Below are positions 17,105 to 29,663 of a DNA stretch of 64,000 bases, one piece after another (position 1 is the stretch's first letter; each line of letters begins with the position of its first letter). The notes beneath the pieces are model-generated. The model saw only the letters and a list, made by a program, of their open reading frames with translations, was not told where the DNA came from and searched no databases. The position numbers and the translations under genes were made by a program. This stretch comes from an uncultured Acidobacteriota bacterium (lineage in GTDB: Bacteria > Acidobacteriota > Vicinamibacteria > Vicinamibacterales > CAVVIG01): contig CAVWRG010000003.1 of the NCBI GenBank assembly GCA_963757355.1, forward strand, positions 2,609,842 through 2,673,841, read 5' to 3'.

Positions 17105-17819
17105 CTACTCGGTCGCGTAGCGGTCGTTGAACCACGGCTCGGCAGAGTTCGAGTAGCCGCGGATTTCCCAGAAGCCTTTCCGATCCTCGGCGAGGAATTC
17201 GATCTTGCGAATCCATTTCGCGCCCTTCCATGCGTACAGCTTCGGCGTGATCATGCGGCATGGGCCGCCGTGTTCGGCCGGCAGCGGTTGGTCCTCCCAC
17301 GTGTGCACGAGGAGCACGTCGTCGTCCACCGCGCGCGCGAGAGGAAGATTGGTCGTGTACGGGATGTACAGAACCGGGCATGAAATCGGATCCGGTGCAG
17401 AGCACGAACTGCGCGTGATCTCTCGGAACCGCGAGCTCCGCGATCGTGCGGAAGCGCACGCCGCGCCAGCGATTGTCGTACCGGCTCCACGTCGTGACGC
17501 AGTGGAAATCGCTGACGTCGTCGACCTGCGGCAGCTCGAGAAACTGACTCCACGTCAACGTGAACGGATGCTCGACGAGGCCGCCAATCTCGAGCTTCCA
17601 GGCGTCGAGCGGCACGGCCGGCTGCTCGCCCAGATCGAGCACAGGCCAGTTTTTCACGACGTGCTGGCCGACCGGCAGCTTCGGCATGCCGTGGCGGTTG
17701 GCCGGCCCTGAGCCTTCTGGCGTGCGGTGACGGAAGTTGACGTTGACGCTGCTCTTGTCGAGCGCGATCTGCCGTTGAATGTAGCGGCGCCGCCGCTCGA
17801 CGAGGTCAGCTTTATCCAT
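17105..17819 (-). CDS. Sulfite-oxidase-like molybdopterin oxidoreductase (YedY/MsrP superfamily), interrupted by a 1-nt frame change
   Basis: ORF 17049..17819 carries HCVTTWSRYDNRWRGVRF. The continuation YTTNLPL..DDDVLLVHTWEDQPLPAEHGGPCRMITPKLYAWKGAKWIRKIEF..GFWEIRGY lies in another frame (ORF 17105..17329). Confidence 0.8.
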
Positions 17820-17911
17820 GCCTGTCGTTATCTTATCGCGGCATGTCGATTTGCGAGGCTGGCTGAACGGGGCACGCGTGCGTCAACACGTGCGTCCTGT
17901 GGAGGTGTTGC

Positions 17912-20404
17912 TTACGAAAACGCCTGAGGTTGGGGCAGCGGATCCGGCTCAGCAGCGCGCGGCGCATCAAAGATGTCGGCCAAAAAGGCGGGCCGCCCGG
18001 GGTACGTGATGGCCGTACGGCCGCGGCGCGCCGTCTTGTCCCGATACATGCGGTGATCCGCGTCGGCGAGCAGCGATTCGTAGGTGGTGCCGTCGACTGG
18101 AAACACCGAGGCACCGGCGCTCGCCGCGAGCTCGAGCAGCTTGCCGCCGCGGACTTCCAGCTTGATGTCCATCACTCGCTGCTGCAGCTCGCGCCGCTTC
18201 GCTTCGGCCGCCTCGCGCGAACAATCGGTGAGCACGATGATGAATTCGTCTCCCGCATAGCGGACGCAGAGATCATACGGACGCAGTGCGCCGAGCAGCG
18301 CGCTGGCTACTTCCCGCAGCGCATGGTCGCCGACCGAGTGCCCATAGGTGTCGTTGATCGCCTTGAAGCCGTCGATGTCCATGACGATCAGCGCGAACTC
18401 ACTCTTGAGGCGCTCAGCGCGCGCGAGCTCGTGTGATAGGTGCACGAACATCGACCGGCGATTCGGGAGGCCGGTCAGCGGATCGGTCAGCGAATCCTCC
18501 TGCGTCTGCTCGAACACGATCGAGTTGGACACGACGGGTCCGGCCTGCTCGGCGACGCGCTCGATCAGACGCCGGTGATCCTCGGTGTAGCGGTTCGCTT
18601 CGACGTGATACAGCGCCAGGCAGCCGATGAACGCGTCGTTGAAGAACAGCGGACAGACGATGGCCGACTTGAGCTGCGTGGCGGCGTCGATGTGCGCCGC
18701 TTCGAACGTCAGGCGCGGGTCGCCGTTGACCAGCGTGCGCCGGTTCTGCGACACCCAGCCGGAAAGCCCTTCCCCCATCTTCAGCACGGCGTCGAGCAGC
18801 TGCGGCGCGTCCACGCCGGCCGCGAAACGGCACTTGATCGAGTCGCCGTCAGGCTGATTCAGAAACAGCGCGCAGCCCGACCAGGGGATGATTTTCGTGA
18901 GCTTCGCCGAAATGAGCGCCATCGTGTCGGCGACGCCAAGACTCGTGCCCATCGACTGGGCGATCTCGTACAGCGCGTAGATCTCGCGGTGCGCCAGCGC
19001 GATGTTCTCGAACGCGTTGCCGGCACCGCGCACCAGGCCAATGGGTGTCGATCCGGTCCGATCCAGAACCGGAGGCCGCGCGGCGGGGAGGGGGCGGTCG
19101 TCTGTCGTCGCCGCCTCCGCGATGAGCGCCGGCAGCATCTCGATGAACGTGTCGACCAGCGCGGGATCGAGCGCGCGACCGGACTCGTGCCTCAGCAGGC
19201 CGATCGCGCTTTGATGACTGAGCGCCTTGTGGTACGGCCGCTCGGTCGTCACCGCGTCGTAGTAATCGACGATCGTGAGGATGCGCGCGCCCTGGGGAAT
19301 CTGATCTCCCATGAGTCCCTGCGGATAGCCCTTGCCGTCCCACCGCTCGTGATGGCTCAGGATCAGCGGCGCAACAGGATAGGGAAACGGCACCGCCGAG
19401 ATGATTTCGGCGCCCACCTGCGGGTGAATGCGGATCTTTTGAAATTCCTCCTGCGTCAGCGGGCCGGGCTTCGACAGAATGTGCTCGGGCACCGCCAGTT
19501 TCCCGATGTCGTGGAGGAGCGCCGCCGTTTTCACGCCCTGAATCTCGCTGGGCGAGAACCCAACCGCCTTGGCGAGGCCGGCGGCGTACACCTGCACGCG
19601 GCGAATGTGCATCTGCGTCGTCTGATCCTTGGCATCGATGGCGCGGGCGAGCGCTTCGATGGTCGCCAGGTGCAGATCGGACGTCTGTTGGACGTGCCGC
19701 TGCTGATCCTCGATGCGGCCCATGTACACCTTGTACGTCCGGTAGGTCAGGTACAGCGGCGCGAAGGTCAGCGGCGCAATCCAGTAGCCGGCCTGCGTGA
19801 CGAAGGAGACGGCGAGCGCCGCAGTGCCGGCTCCGACGAAGTAGCTCGGCGCGCTCCACAGAAAATTCCTGTGCCACGTCGTCGCGATGCGCTCGCGCGA
19901 CGACAACGCAATCGCGGTGGCGATGAGGCCGGTGTTCAACAGGAAATACACGGTCGCCGCCCCGACGAGCGGCCGCGCCACGTCGGTGAGCGGCGTGCCC
20001 GGTCCCGCATATCCGAGCAGACGGAACGCCAGGCCGGCCGCCTGCACCGTGATGATCAGCGATGCCATGCTGAACAAGGTGCGGTACGGTGGATTGCGAT
20101 CCCGGCTGTTCAGGTGGCACTGGCTGAAGGCGCTGCCAGCCGCCACGAGCATCGTTTCGTGCGGGCCGAGCAGCAGCAGCGAGGCGAAGTCGATCGCGTA
20201 CGACACCGACATCGTCGAGCCGCCGCTCGTCAGCGGCAGCGACACCTTGAGCGCCGCCGATGCCGAGGAGAGGAGGAACAGCGCCGTGAACAGGAACGGT
20301 TGCTCGAAATGCGCCTTCGGCAGACACACCAGCAGCAGCGCGCCTCCGGCAAGAATGACGGCGTTCACATAGCGGCGACCGGCGACCGAGAGCTGGTTCA
20401 TCAT
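17912..20404 (-). CDS. Membrane-bound HD-GYP phosphodiesterase / GAF / GGDEF diguanylate cyclase multidomain protein
   Basis: Multiple N-terminal TM segments. The HD-GYP domain is seen as LLHDIGKLAVP..HHERWDGKGYPQGL, followed by a GAF-like region. The GGDEF domain is seen as LTGLPNRR..DIDGFKAINDTYGHSVGD..RYAGDEFIIVL. Confidence 0.9.
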   Translation of the reverse strand: MMNQLSVAGRRYVNAVILAGGALLLVCLPKAHFEQPFLFTALFLLSSASAALKVSLPLTSGGSTMSVSYAIDFASLLLLGPHETMLVAAGSAFSQCHLNSRDRNPPYRTLFSMASLIITVQAAGLAFRLLGYAGPGTPLTDVARPLVGAATVYFLLNTGLIATAIALSSRERIATTWHRNFLWSAPSYFVGAGTAALAVSFVTQAGYWIAPLTFAPLYLTYRTYKVYMGRIEDQQRHVQQTSDLHLATIEALARAIDAKDQTTQMHIRRVQVYAAGLAKAVGFSPSEIQGVKTAALLHDIGKLAVPEHILSKPGPLTQEEFQKIRIHPQVGAEIISAVPFPYPVAPLILSHHERWDGKGYPQGLMGDQIPQGARILTIVDYYDAVTTERPYHKALSHQSAIGLLRHESGRALDPALVDTFIEMLPALIAEAATTDDRPLPAARPPVLDRTGSTPIGLVRGAGNAFENIALAHREIYALYEIAQSMGTSLGVADTMALISAKLTKIIPWSGCALFLNQPDGDSIKCRFAAGVDAPQLLDAVLKMGEGLSGWVSQNRRTLVNGDPRLTFEAAHIDAATQLKSAIVCPLFFNDAFIGCLALYHVEANRYTEDHRRLIERVAEQAGPVVSNSIVFEQTQEDSLTDPLTGLPNRRSMFVHLSHELARAERLKSEFALIVMDIDGFKAINDTYGHSVGDHALREVASALLGALRPYDLCVRYAGDEFIIVLTDCSREAAEAKRRELQQRVMDIKLEVRGGKLLELAASAGASVFPVDGTTYESLLADADHRMYRDKTARRGRTAITYPGRPAFLADIFDAPRAAEPDPLPQPQAFS

Positions 20405-20410
20405 TGAGCG

Positions 20411-21025
20411 TCAGTGCACGCGCGGAGCGATCGACACCCAGTGATCGCCCCAGTCGTCCTTGAGCACAGACCAGAGCACTTGATCGACGAATTCGCCGCC
20501 GCGCCGCGCCGAGCGTCGCAGCACGCCTTCCTGCACGGCGCCGAGCTTGCGCATCGCGCCATTGCCGCGACCGTTCTGCAAGAGCACCCGCGACTCGAGG
20601 CGATGGACACCGAGGGAGCCGAACGCGAAGGATCCAACCAGCCGCGCCGCTTCGAGAAAGATCCCGGTGCCGCGCGACGACGGCGCAATCGTGCAGTCGC
20701 ACTCCGCCGCCTCGAACGCGGGATCCAGTTGACGCACGTGCACGAGCCCGACGAACGTGCGCGTCGCCCCGATCGTAATGGCGTAGGTAAAGGCAAGACC
20801 GTTCGAGCGATCGCGGAGCGCGCCGTCGATCAACCGCTGCGCGGCCACACTGATGTCGGGGTCGTCCAGCCCGAAGTGCGAAGCGTCGGCCACCGACAAG
20901 AGATCGACGAGTGGACCGAGATCGGACGCTGCCAGCTCTCGCAGTGTGACGACGCGTGAGGTCAGCGTCGGCAGCTGGTGTCGCCAATCAGGTGCGCTCG
21001 TCGATGAATCCATAGCCGAAGCCAT
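20411..21025 (-). CDS. GNAT family N-acetyltransferase (RimJ/RimL-like)
   Basis: The pattern is VTLRELAASD..; core RGTGIFLEAARLVGSFAFGSLGVHRLESRVLLQNGRGNGAMRKLGAVQEGVLRRS. Confidence 0.75.
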   Translation of the reverse strand: MASAMDSSTSAPDWRHQLPTLTSRVVTLRELAASDLGPLVDLLSVADASHFGLDDPDISVAAQRLIDGALRDRSNGLAFTYAITIGATRTFVGLVHVRQLDPAFEAAECDCTIAPSSRGTGIFLEAARLVGSFAFGSLGVHRLESRVLLQNGRGNGAMRKLGAVQEGVLRRSARRGGEFVDQVLWSVLKDDWGDHWVSIAPRVH

Positions 21026-21332
21026 CGGTCCAAGCGAAGCAACTCGACGGCCAAGCTGTGCCTTCGAGATAAGTGCCTGCGCAACAATGGCTTAGGGAAA
21101 GCCGGTTTCGCAAGCGCTCATCGCGTTCATGTTCGTTTATATGACAATGGCGTACGATTACGTCATCTGGAACGGGAGTGATCGCTTACGCGACAGGTAC
21201 TTACGGAAATTTTGTTTCAGAAATGAACGAATGTCACGTTTCGGAACATGACAAAGCGCCCGCAAGGCGCGTGAACGCCTTAGAGCAGATTTCGATTCGC
21301 CGTGTCGCTGGGTATCGGGCCGCCGTTCAACA

Positions 21333-21400
21333 CAAAGGGCGCAAAGGACGCAAAGGAAGCCAAAATGGTCTCAGCTTCGTGTCCTAGGTGTCCTTCGTGG
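21333..21400. repeat. Oligomer-palindrome: CAAAGG(G/A)CG tandem units followed by complementary GTCCT/CCTTCG units
   Basis: CAAAGGGCGCAAAGGACGCAAAGGAAGC (21333-21360), then a 13-nt spacer, then GCTTCGTGTCCTAGGTGTCCTTCGTGG (21374-21400). Confidence 0.75.
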
Positions 21401-21444
21401 TAATCCAGAGCCGCTACGAAGATCAGAAAACCGTTATAGCCATC

Positions 21445-21565
21445 GAGGCAGCGCGAAGGCTCTAGCCAGTGAGGCAGCGCGAAAGGCTCTACCCATTGAG
21501 GTAGCGCGAAGGCTTTAGCCGAGCGATTTGGCGGCAGCGACGCTCGCAAAAGCCTTCGCAGTGCG
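21445..21565. repeat. Three tandem ~27-bp repeats (GAGGCAGCGCGAAGGCTCTAGCCAGT-like) followed by a partial inverted copy
   Basis: Units lie at 21445-21470, 21471-21497 and 21498-21524. GCAAAAGCCTTCGC (~21546-21559) is the near-complement of GCGAAGGCTTTAGC. Confidence 0.85.
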
Positions 21566-21577
21566 TGGATGGTCTCG

Positions 21578-21796
21578 TCAGCGCCGCGCTTCCTGATCGT
21601 ACGGATCGGCTTGGGCGTCCGGTTGCCCAGGCGCCGGATTGCCGCGACGACCCGGGTGGGTGTCGCCCGCGCCGGTCGGAACCCGGGGGCCCAGCTCAAC
21701 TTTCCCGCGGCGGATTTCCTTCATCAAATACGGCACGAGCAGGGCCGCGGCGAGCGCCACGGCGATCAGGATGCCCAGAGCCAACTCGACGTGCAT
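21578..21796 (-). CDS. Small hypothetical membrane protein
   Basis: GGAGG lies 6 nt upstream of the ATG (complement 21794-21796). There is a single TM helix (MHVELALGILIAVALAAALLVPYLM). ORF-level support only. Confidence 0.35.
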   Translation of the reverse strand: MHVELALGILIAVALAAALLVPYLMKEIRRGKVELGPRVPTGAGDTHPGRRGNPAPGQPDAQADPYDQEARR

Positions 21797-21887
21797 GCGC
21801 ACCTCCGCATCGGAACAACGCAACGCCTGTGCCGCGGGGTGCTGCGCCTGAGGTGAGGCAGCGAGCGGATGAGCACGGAGGAGAGAT

Positions 21888-21963
21888 TGGGGTGGGCGAC
21901 GGGTATCGAACCCGCGACCTCCTGAGCCACAGTCAGGCGTTCTGCCACTGAACTACGCCCACC
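21888..21963 (-). tRNA. tRNA-His (anticodon GTG) with encoded G-1 and CCA
   Basis: The reverse complement is GGTGGGCGTAGTTCAGTGGCAGAACGCCTGACTGTGGCTCAGGAGGTCGCGGGTTCGATACCCGTCGCCCACCCCA. The anticodon loop is CTGTGGC, and the extra 5' G is typical of tRNA-His. Confidence 0.9.
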
Positions 21964-22040
21964 ACACAGATCGGGTCACGAACCATTGAGTGTAGCATTT
22001 GCCAGATCTGGCGGGCAACGCGCGGCATTTCTGAAACGTT

Positions 22041-23006
22041 CTACGGCACAGGCTCGTTCGACGGAATCGCCTCGTGAAGATCGTCCTGATCGCCGCCTGC
22101 GACGTCGACCAGCATGCCGTTCTCGACCTTCGCGCGGAGCAGATAGATGTGGTTCGCACGCTCGCCCTTGGCTTCGTACATCAGCTTGTCGGCACGCTGA
22201 ATCAAGTCGGCCGCCAGCCGACGCGCGATGAAGCGGCGGTCCGCGACGCGTCCGAGCGCGAGGCAGACGACGCCGACATCGACGCGCACTGGTTGCACCG
22301 AAAGCCGGCGATCCTCTGTCGACCAGTCGAACCGCTCCACGGCTTCACGGAAGCGCTCGCCGACGGCGTACGCCAGGTGATACTCGGAGAGGTCGGGAAT
22401 GAGAAAGCAGAATTCATCGCCGCCAAAGCGCGCGTGCAATTCCTGCGACGGCGCGCCGCCGAAGCGTTCCTGGGCGATGAGGTCGTCTGAGCGCACCTGC
22501 TCGCGCAGAATGTGCGCGACGCGCTCGATGATCCGATCGCCCACCGCGTGGCCCAGGGCGTCGTTGAACCACTTGAAGCCGGTGATGTCCACGAGCCCCA
22601 CCGCACACCAGCGTCCGCGCTGCTCGAGCGCGAGAAACGACTCGAGCTGCTCGGTGAAGCGCCCGAAGTTCATCAACTTGGTCTTCGGATCGCGCTGCGC
22701 TCTGTCGGTGAGGTCGGCGACCAGCGCCTCGAAGTAGCGCGAGATACTGCTGACGGTGGCATCGCGGGCGGACAATTCCGTCTTGACGCGCGCCATTTTG
22801 TCGGCGAAACCGGCCGACAACGCCTGAATGGCTTCGTGTTTGGATTCCTGCCAGAGGCGCTCGTGCCGCGTGAACACCGCCTCGATCGCCAGGAATAGCC
22901 TCTGTTCGACGGACTCGGGCAGCCTGAGCTGCTCGCGGATCCACGTCTGCAGCTCACTCCGAGTTTGCGGGTGAGGTTTCTCGGTCAGGGCCTTTTCTGG
23001 TCGCAT
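22041..23006 (-). CDS. GGDEF-domain diguanylate cyclase with N-terminal coiled-coil/sensor region
   Basis: DITGFKWFNDALGHAVGDRIIERVA..ARFGGDEFCFLI..ADKLMYEAKGER. Confidence 0.85.
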   Translation of the reverse strand: MRPEKALTEKPHPQTRSELQTWIREQLRLPESVEQRLFLAIEAVFTRHERLWQESKHEAIQALSAGFADKMARVKTELSARDATVSSISRYFEALVADLTDRAQRDPKTKLMNFGRFTEQLESFLALEQRGRWCAVGLVDITGFKWFNDALGHAVGDRIIERVAHILREQVRSDDLIAQERFGGAPSQELHARFGGDEFCFLIPDLSEYHLAYAVGERFREAVERFDWSTEDRRLSVQPVRVDVGVVCLALGRVADRRFIARRLAADLIQRADKLMYEAKGERANHIYLLRAKVENGMLVDVAGGDQDDLHEAIPSNEPVP

Positions 23007-23161
23007 CGTCCCCGCAATGCGGCCTGGGCCGTATCGCGCTGCCGATTAGCTCTACAAAGCTCGTACCGAGGCCCAACTCGCGCTTTCGCTGAGCTTTTCG
23101 ATGAAATCCGCGAGTCGGTGGTGGGTCCTGTGTATTACTTCCCACTTTTGTGGAGCGAAGG

Positions 23162-23192
23162 CTGCACGGGCGGAAGGGGGCCGCCCGTGCAG
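23162..23192 (-). terminator. Perfect 12-bp GC-rich hairpin just downstream of the Thr-rich protein gene
   Basis: CTGCACGGGCGG-AAGGGGG-CCGCCCGTGCAG begins 14 nt after the stop at 23206. There is no clear U-tract, so terminator function is inferred. Confidence 0.5.
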
Positions 23193-23205
23193 GGTAGGTA
23201 GCCGT

Positions 23206-23838
23206 TTACGAACAGCTCGATGCGATCATCTTCACCGACCTCACATCCAGCTTCTGGCCCGCTGCAGATTCGCTGTGGTGACCGCTGCTCATCTCGCTGC
23301 CGCTGGTGCCGGTCGTCCCCGTGGTGCCGGTCGTGGCGGTCGTTCCGGTTGCCGTCGTTCCGGTCGCCGTCGTTCCGGTTGCCGTCGTTCCAGACGTGGT
23401 CGAGGCTGTGGACGTGTCGTCCTTCTTCGAGGATTCGAGCTCGCGGCCGGTCACCTGAATCTTGTGGCCGACGTGCTTGTCGAGATCGGTTCCACCCTCG
23501 AGAATCCAGGTGCTTGCCGCCGTCGAGCTCGCACTCCTCCCCATCGCCGATCCGCCCGCGGCCGTGCTGCCAGCTGTAGTCGTGCCAGCCGTGCTGCCCG
23601 TCGTGCCGGTCGTCGACGTGTCGGTCGTCGACGTGCTGCTTCGCGCCGCTGTGTCCAACATGGCATTAGTGAGCATGTAGTTGCCGTCCGCACCACGTTG
23701 CAGGCAGCCGGTGACCGTCACCTCTTTGTCGCGGCTCATGGTCGAGCCGGTCGCACTACTCGTAGAGGTTTGCGCCCCGAGGGATGCCGCGAAGCTGAAC
23801 GCCACCGCGACGCAAAGTCCAGATGCGATTCGATTCAT
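23206..23838 (-). CDS. Secreted Thr/Ser/Gly-rich low-complexity protein
   Basis: Signal peptide MNRIASGLCVAVAFSFAASLGAQ. Long runs such as GTTATGTTATGTTATGTTATTGTTGTTGT are encoded by 15-bp DNA repeats. Confidence 0.6.
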   Translation of the reverse strand: MNRIASGLCVAVAFSFAASLGAQTSTSSATGSTMSRDKEVTVTGCLQRGADGNYMLTNAMLDTAARSSTSTTDTSTTGTTGSTAGTTTAGSTAAGGSAMGRSASSTAASTWILEGGTDLDKHVGHKIQVTGRELESSKKDDTSTASTTSGTTATGTTATGTTATGTTATTGTTGTTGTSGSEMSSGHHSESAAGQKLDVRSVKMIASSCS

Positions 23839-23860
23839 GTACGTGCTCCTTGTGAAGTAA

Positions 23861-24067
23861 TTATTTCTTCATCTTGTCGCCGAGATCCTTGACGGCGTCG
23901 CCGACCTTCCTCCGGGCGGTGCCAACGCCCTCTTCGACGTTGCCGACGATCTCGTCGGCTTCGCCTTCGTTCCGCAGCCGTTCATCGTCGGTCAGGTCGC
24001 CGACGGCCTGTTTCGCGCGGCCCTTCACTTGATCGGCTTTGCCCTGCACTTCGTCCTTGTTCCACAT
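23861..24067 (-). CDS. CsbD-family stress-response protein
   Basis: MWNKDEVQGKADQVKGRAKQAVGDLTDDERLRNEGEADEIVGNVEEGVG matches the CsbD-like pattern (KGKxKExxGxxTxDxxL..EG). Confidence 0.85.
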   Translation of the reverse strand: MWNKDEVQGKADQVKGRAKQAVGDLTDDERLRNEGEADEIVGNVEEGVGTARRKVGDAVKDLGDKMKK

Positions 24068-24207
24068 CGACGGACCTCCTTGGGCTCAGCGGTTTATGCG
24101 CCGGCCGTCGAATCAAGTGCAGGAGTCGTGCCCCGAGGCCAGAAAACGGCTGTGTGTATTGGGAATTGGACAGGTGAGCGGGAGAGCGCTGGAGCGGCGG
24201 GCGGGCG

Positions 24208-25023
24208 CTATCGAACGAGCGTCACGGTCCAGAAATCATCGGCGAGATTTCCGTCGACCAGGTAATCGAACGGGATCGTGAAGTAGCCCTCCCGGCCCCA
24301 CGCGACGCCCCATGAGTTGCGGGCGATGAATGATCGCGTCGCATTGTCGTATCCGACCGCGACCACCGCGTGGCCGCCGATGAGCTGTTCTTTCGGCTTC
24401 GGCATCGGCACGCGCCCCGTTCTGGCAACTGCTGCGCTCTCGAAGCTCTCGTAGACCGAGAAGCCGAACACGAATGGAAATCCTGCAGCGAGGCAGCTTC
24501 GCATCTGATCGAGATCCTGCACGACCCGCTGATAGAGCACCGCCGGATGCTTGGCGGCATCGCCGTAGGCCGCCGGACTCGGCTTCGTGCGGAAGCGCGC
24601 GATCGCGTACGGCCACAGCGATTCGTGCGGCGCGCCTTGCTTCGCCACGCTCTTGATGCCGTCGCGAATCATCGCCCCTGCGTCGTCGTCGACGGTGCCT
24701 TCGATCACGCGTTCGTTGTAATAGATGAAGAGACGCGATGCGGGAAAGACGTCGGCGACCTGCTGCTTGATTTGATCGAACTCGAGCACGCCGGCGATCG
24801 CGTTCGCCGTGCAGCTGCCAAGCTGCCCCTGATCGTAGACGGGCGGGCACATGCCGCGCAGATCCACGAGCGGCGGCAGGGCGCGCAGCGCCGCGGGCGG
24901 CGCCAACAGCACGAAATCTCGATGATCGGGCAGATCGGGGATCCAGCCGTAGCGTCTCGCACCACGGCGAACCGCTCGAGGGCGGACGCGTGAACGCCGG
25001 AGCGACTTGCGCGCGCGGGCCAT
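24208..25023 (-). CDS. Papain-like (C1 family) cysteine peptidase
   Basis: Catalytic Cys context DQGQLGSCTANA, His context GGHAVVAVGYD, and Asn/Trp context NSWGVAWGREGYF. Confidence 0.85.
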   Translation of the reverse strand: MARARKSLRRSRVRPRAVRRGARRYGWIPDLPDHRDFVLLAPPAALRALPPLVDLRGMCPPVYDQGQLGSCTANAIAGVLEFDQIKQQVADVFPASRLFIYYNERVIEGTVDDDAGAMIRDGIKSVAKQGAPHESLWPYAIARFRTKPSPAAYGDAAKHPAVLYQRVVQDLDQMRSCLAAGFPFVFGFSVYESFESAAVARTGRVPMPKPKEQLIGGHAVVAVGYDNATRSFIARNSWGVAWGREGYFTIPFDYLVDGNLADDFWTVTLVR

Positions 25024-25151
25024 GGCGATCCTCCTGAGTGACGATCGCGCGTATGGTGGAGGTGGACGTCGGGCAAGTCAAGCGATCGCGACCACTTTCC
25101 GTGCAAGCGTCGCGGCGATGGCTTTCCGTGTAGCGTGTCGCGGCGGTGGCG

Positions 25152-28766
<3,615 letters not shown>

Positions 28767-28953
28767 CCTGTGCAGGGAGGCCGGAAGTCCTGTCGGCAGC
28801 GGGGTGCACCTTCCATTCCATCGTCGTATCGGCGCGGCGCCCTTCTTTCTACGGTGTTGCGGCGGTCCTCGCCCAATGTTGTGCGGAGGCGAGCCGTTTC
28901 CGCACACTCCGCCTGTGCGCTTGCGCACGGCGACGCCTCTTTTAGGCGAAGAT

Positions 28954-29654
28954 ATGGGCGCAGATCACCGACTTTTGAGGAGAGACGCCTTGGCAGCCGC
29001 TTTGCTGAATCGCCCCGATATGCGCGTCGTGATTGCTGATGATGATCGGGTGGCCGCGGAGATTCTCGCGCGGACGCTGCGCCGCTGGGAGTTCGCGCCG
29101 ATCGTTACCACCGACGGCGCGGAAGCGTGGGCGCAACTGCGCTCGTCCCCCGGGCCGACGCTCGCGATTCTCGACTGGATGATGCCGGCGCTCGATGGAC
29201 CCGAGGTGTGTCGTCTCGTCCGCCGCGAACTGCCGCTCGCGAACATGTACCTGATTCTCGTCACCGCGCGCGAGACCCGCGGCGATATCGTGGCCGGCCT
29301 CGACGCCGGCGCCGACGACTACGTGATCAAGCCGTTCGATGCCGAGGAGCTGCGCGCGCGCGTCGCGGTCGGCCTGCGCGTGCTGACGCTCCAGGAGCGC
29401 CTCGCTGAACGCGTCGAGGAACTGCAGGCGGCGCTGTCGAACGTGAAGCGGCTGCACGGACTGCTGCCGATCTGCAGCTATTGCAAGCGGATCCGCGGCG
29501 ACGATCAGGTACCTGGCAGCAGGTCGAGGGCTACATCGCCGAGCATTCCGAGGCGCAGTTCAGCCACGGCATCTGCCCGGCGTGCTACGTCGCCGTGAGC
29601 GCCGAGCTCGACGAAGCGGCGGCCAAACGCGCGCGGAGCGGCAATTCTCGATAG
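28954..29654 (+). CDS. Response regulator (REC) with C-terminal Cys-rich motif, interrupted by a 1-nt frame change near 29508
   Basis: The REC domain is [40 protein letters not shown]. The tail [15 protein letters not shown] continues in the +1 frame as [25 protein letters not shown] (stop 29652-29654). The start could be 28954 or 29020. Confidence 0.85.
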
Positions 29655-29663
29655 AGGCCGGTA

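Noticed and set aside
18440-20987. Long ORFs 18440..20407 (+, 655 aa) and 18849..20987 (-, 712 aa)
   Set aside because: One is antisense and the other out of frame to the HD-GYP/GAF/GGDEF gene. Both have Arg-rich, domain-free translations, and the second would also run across the GNAT gene.
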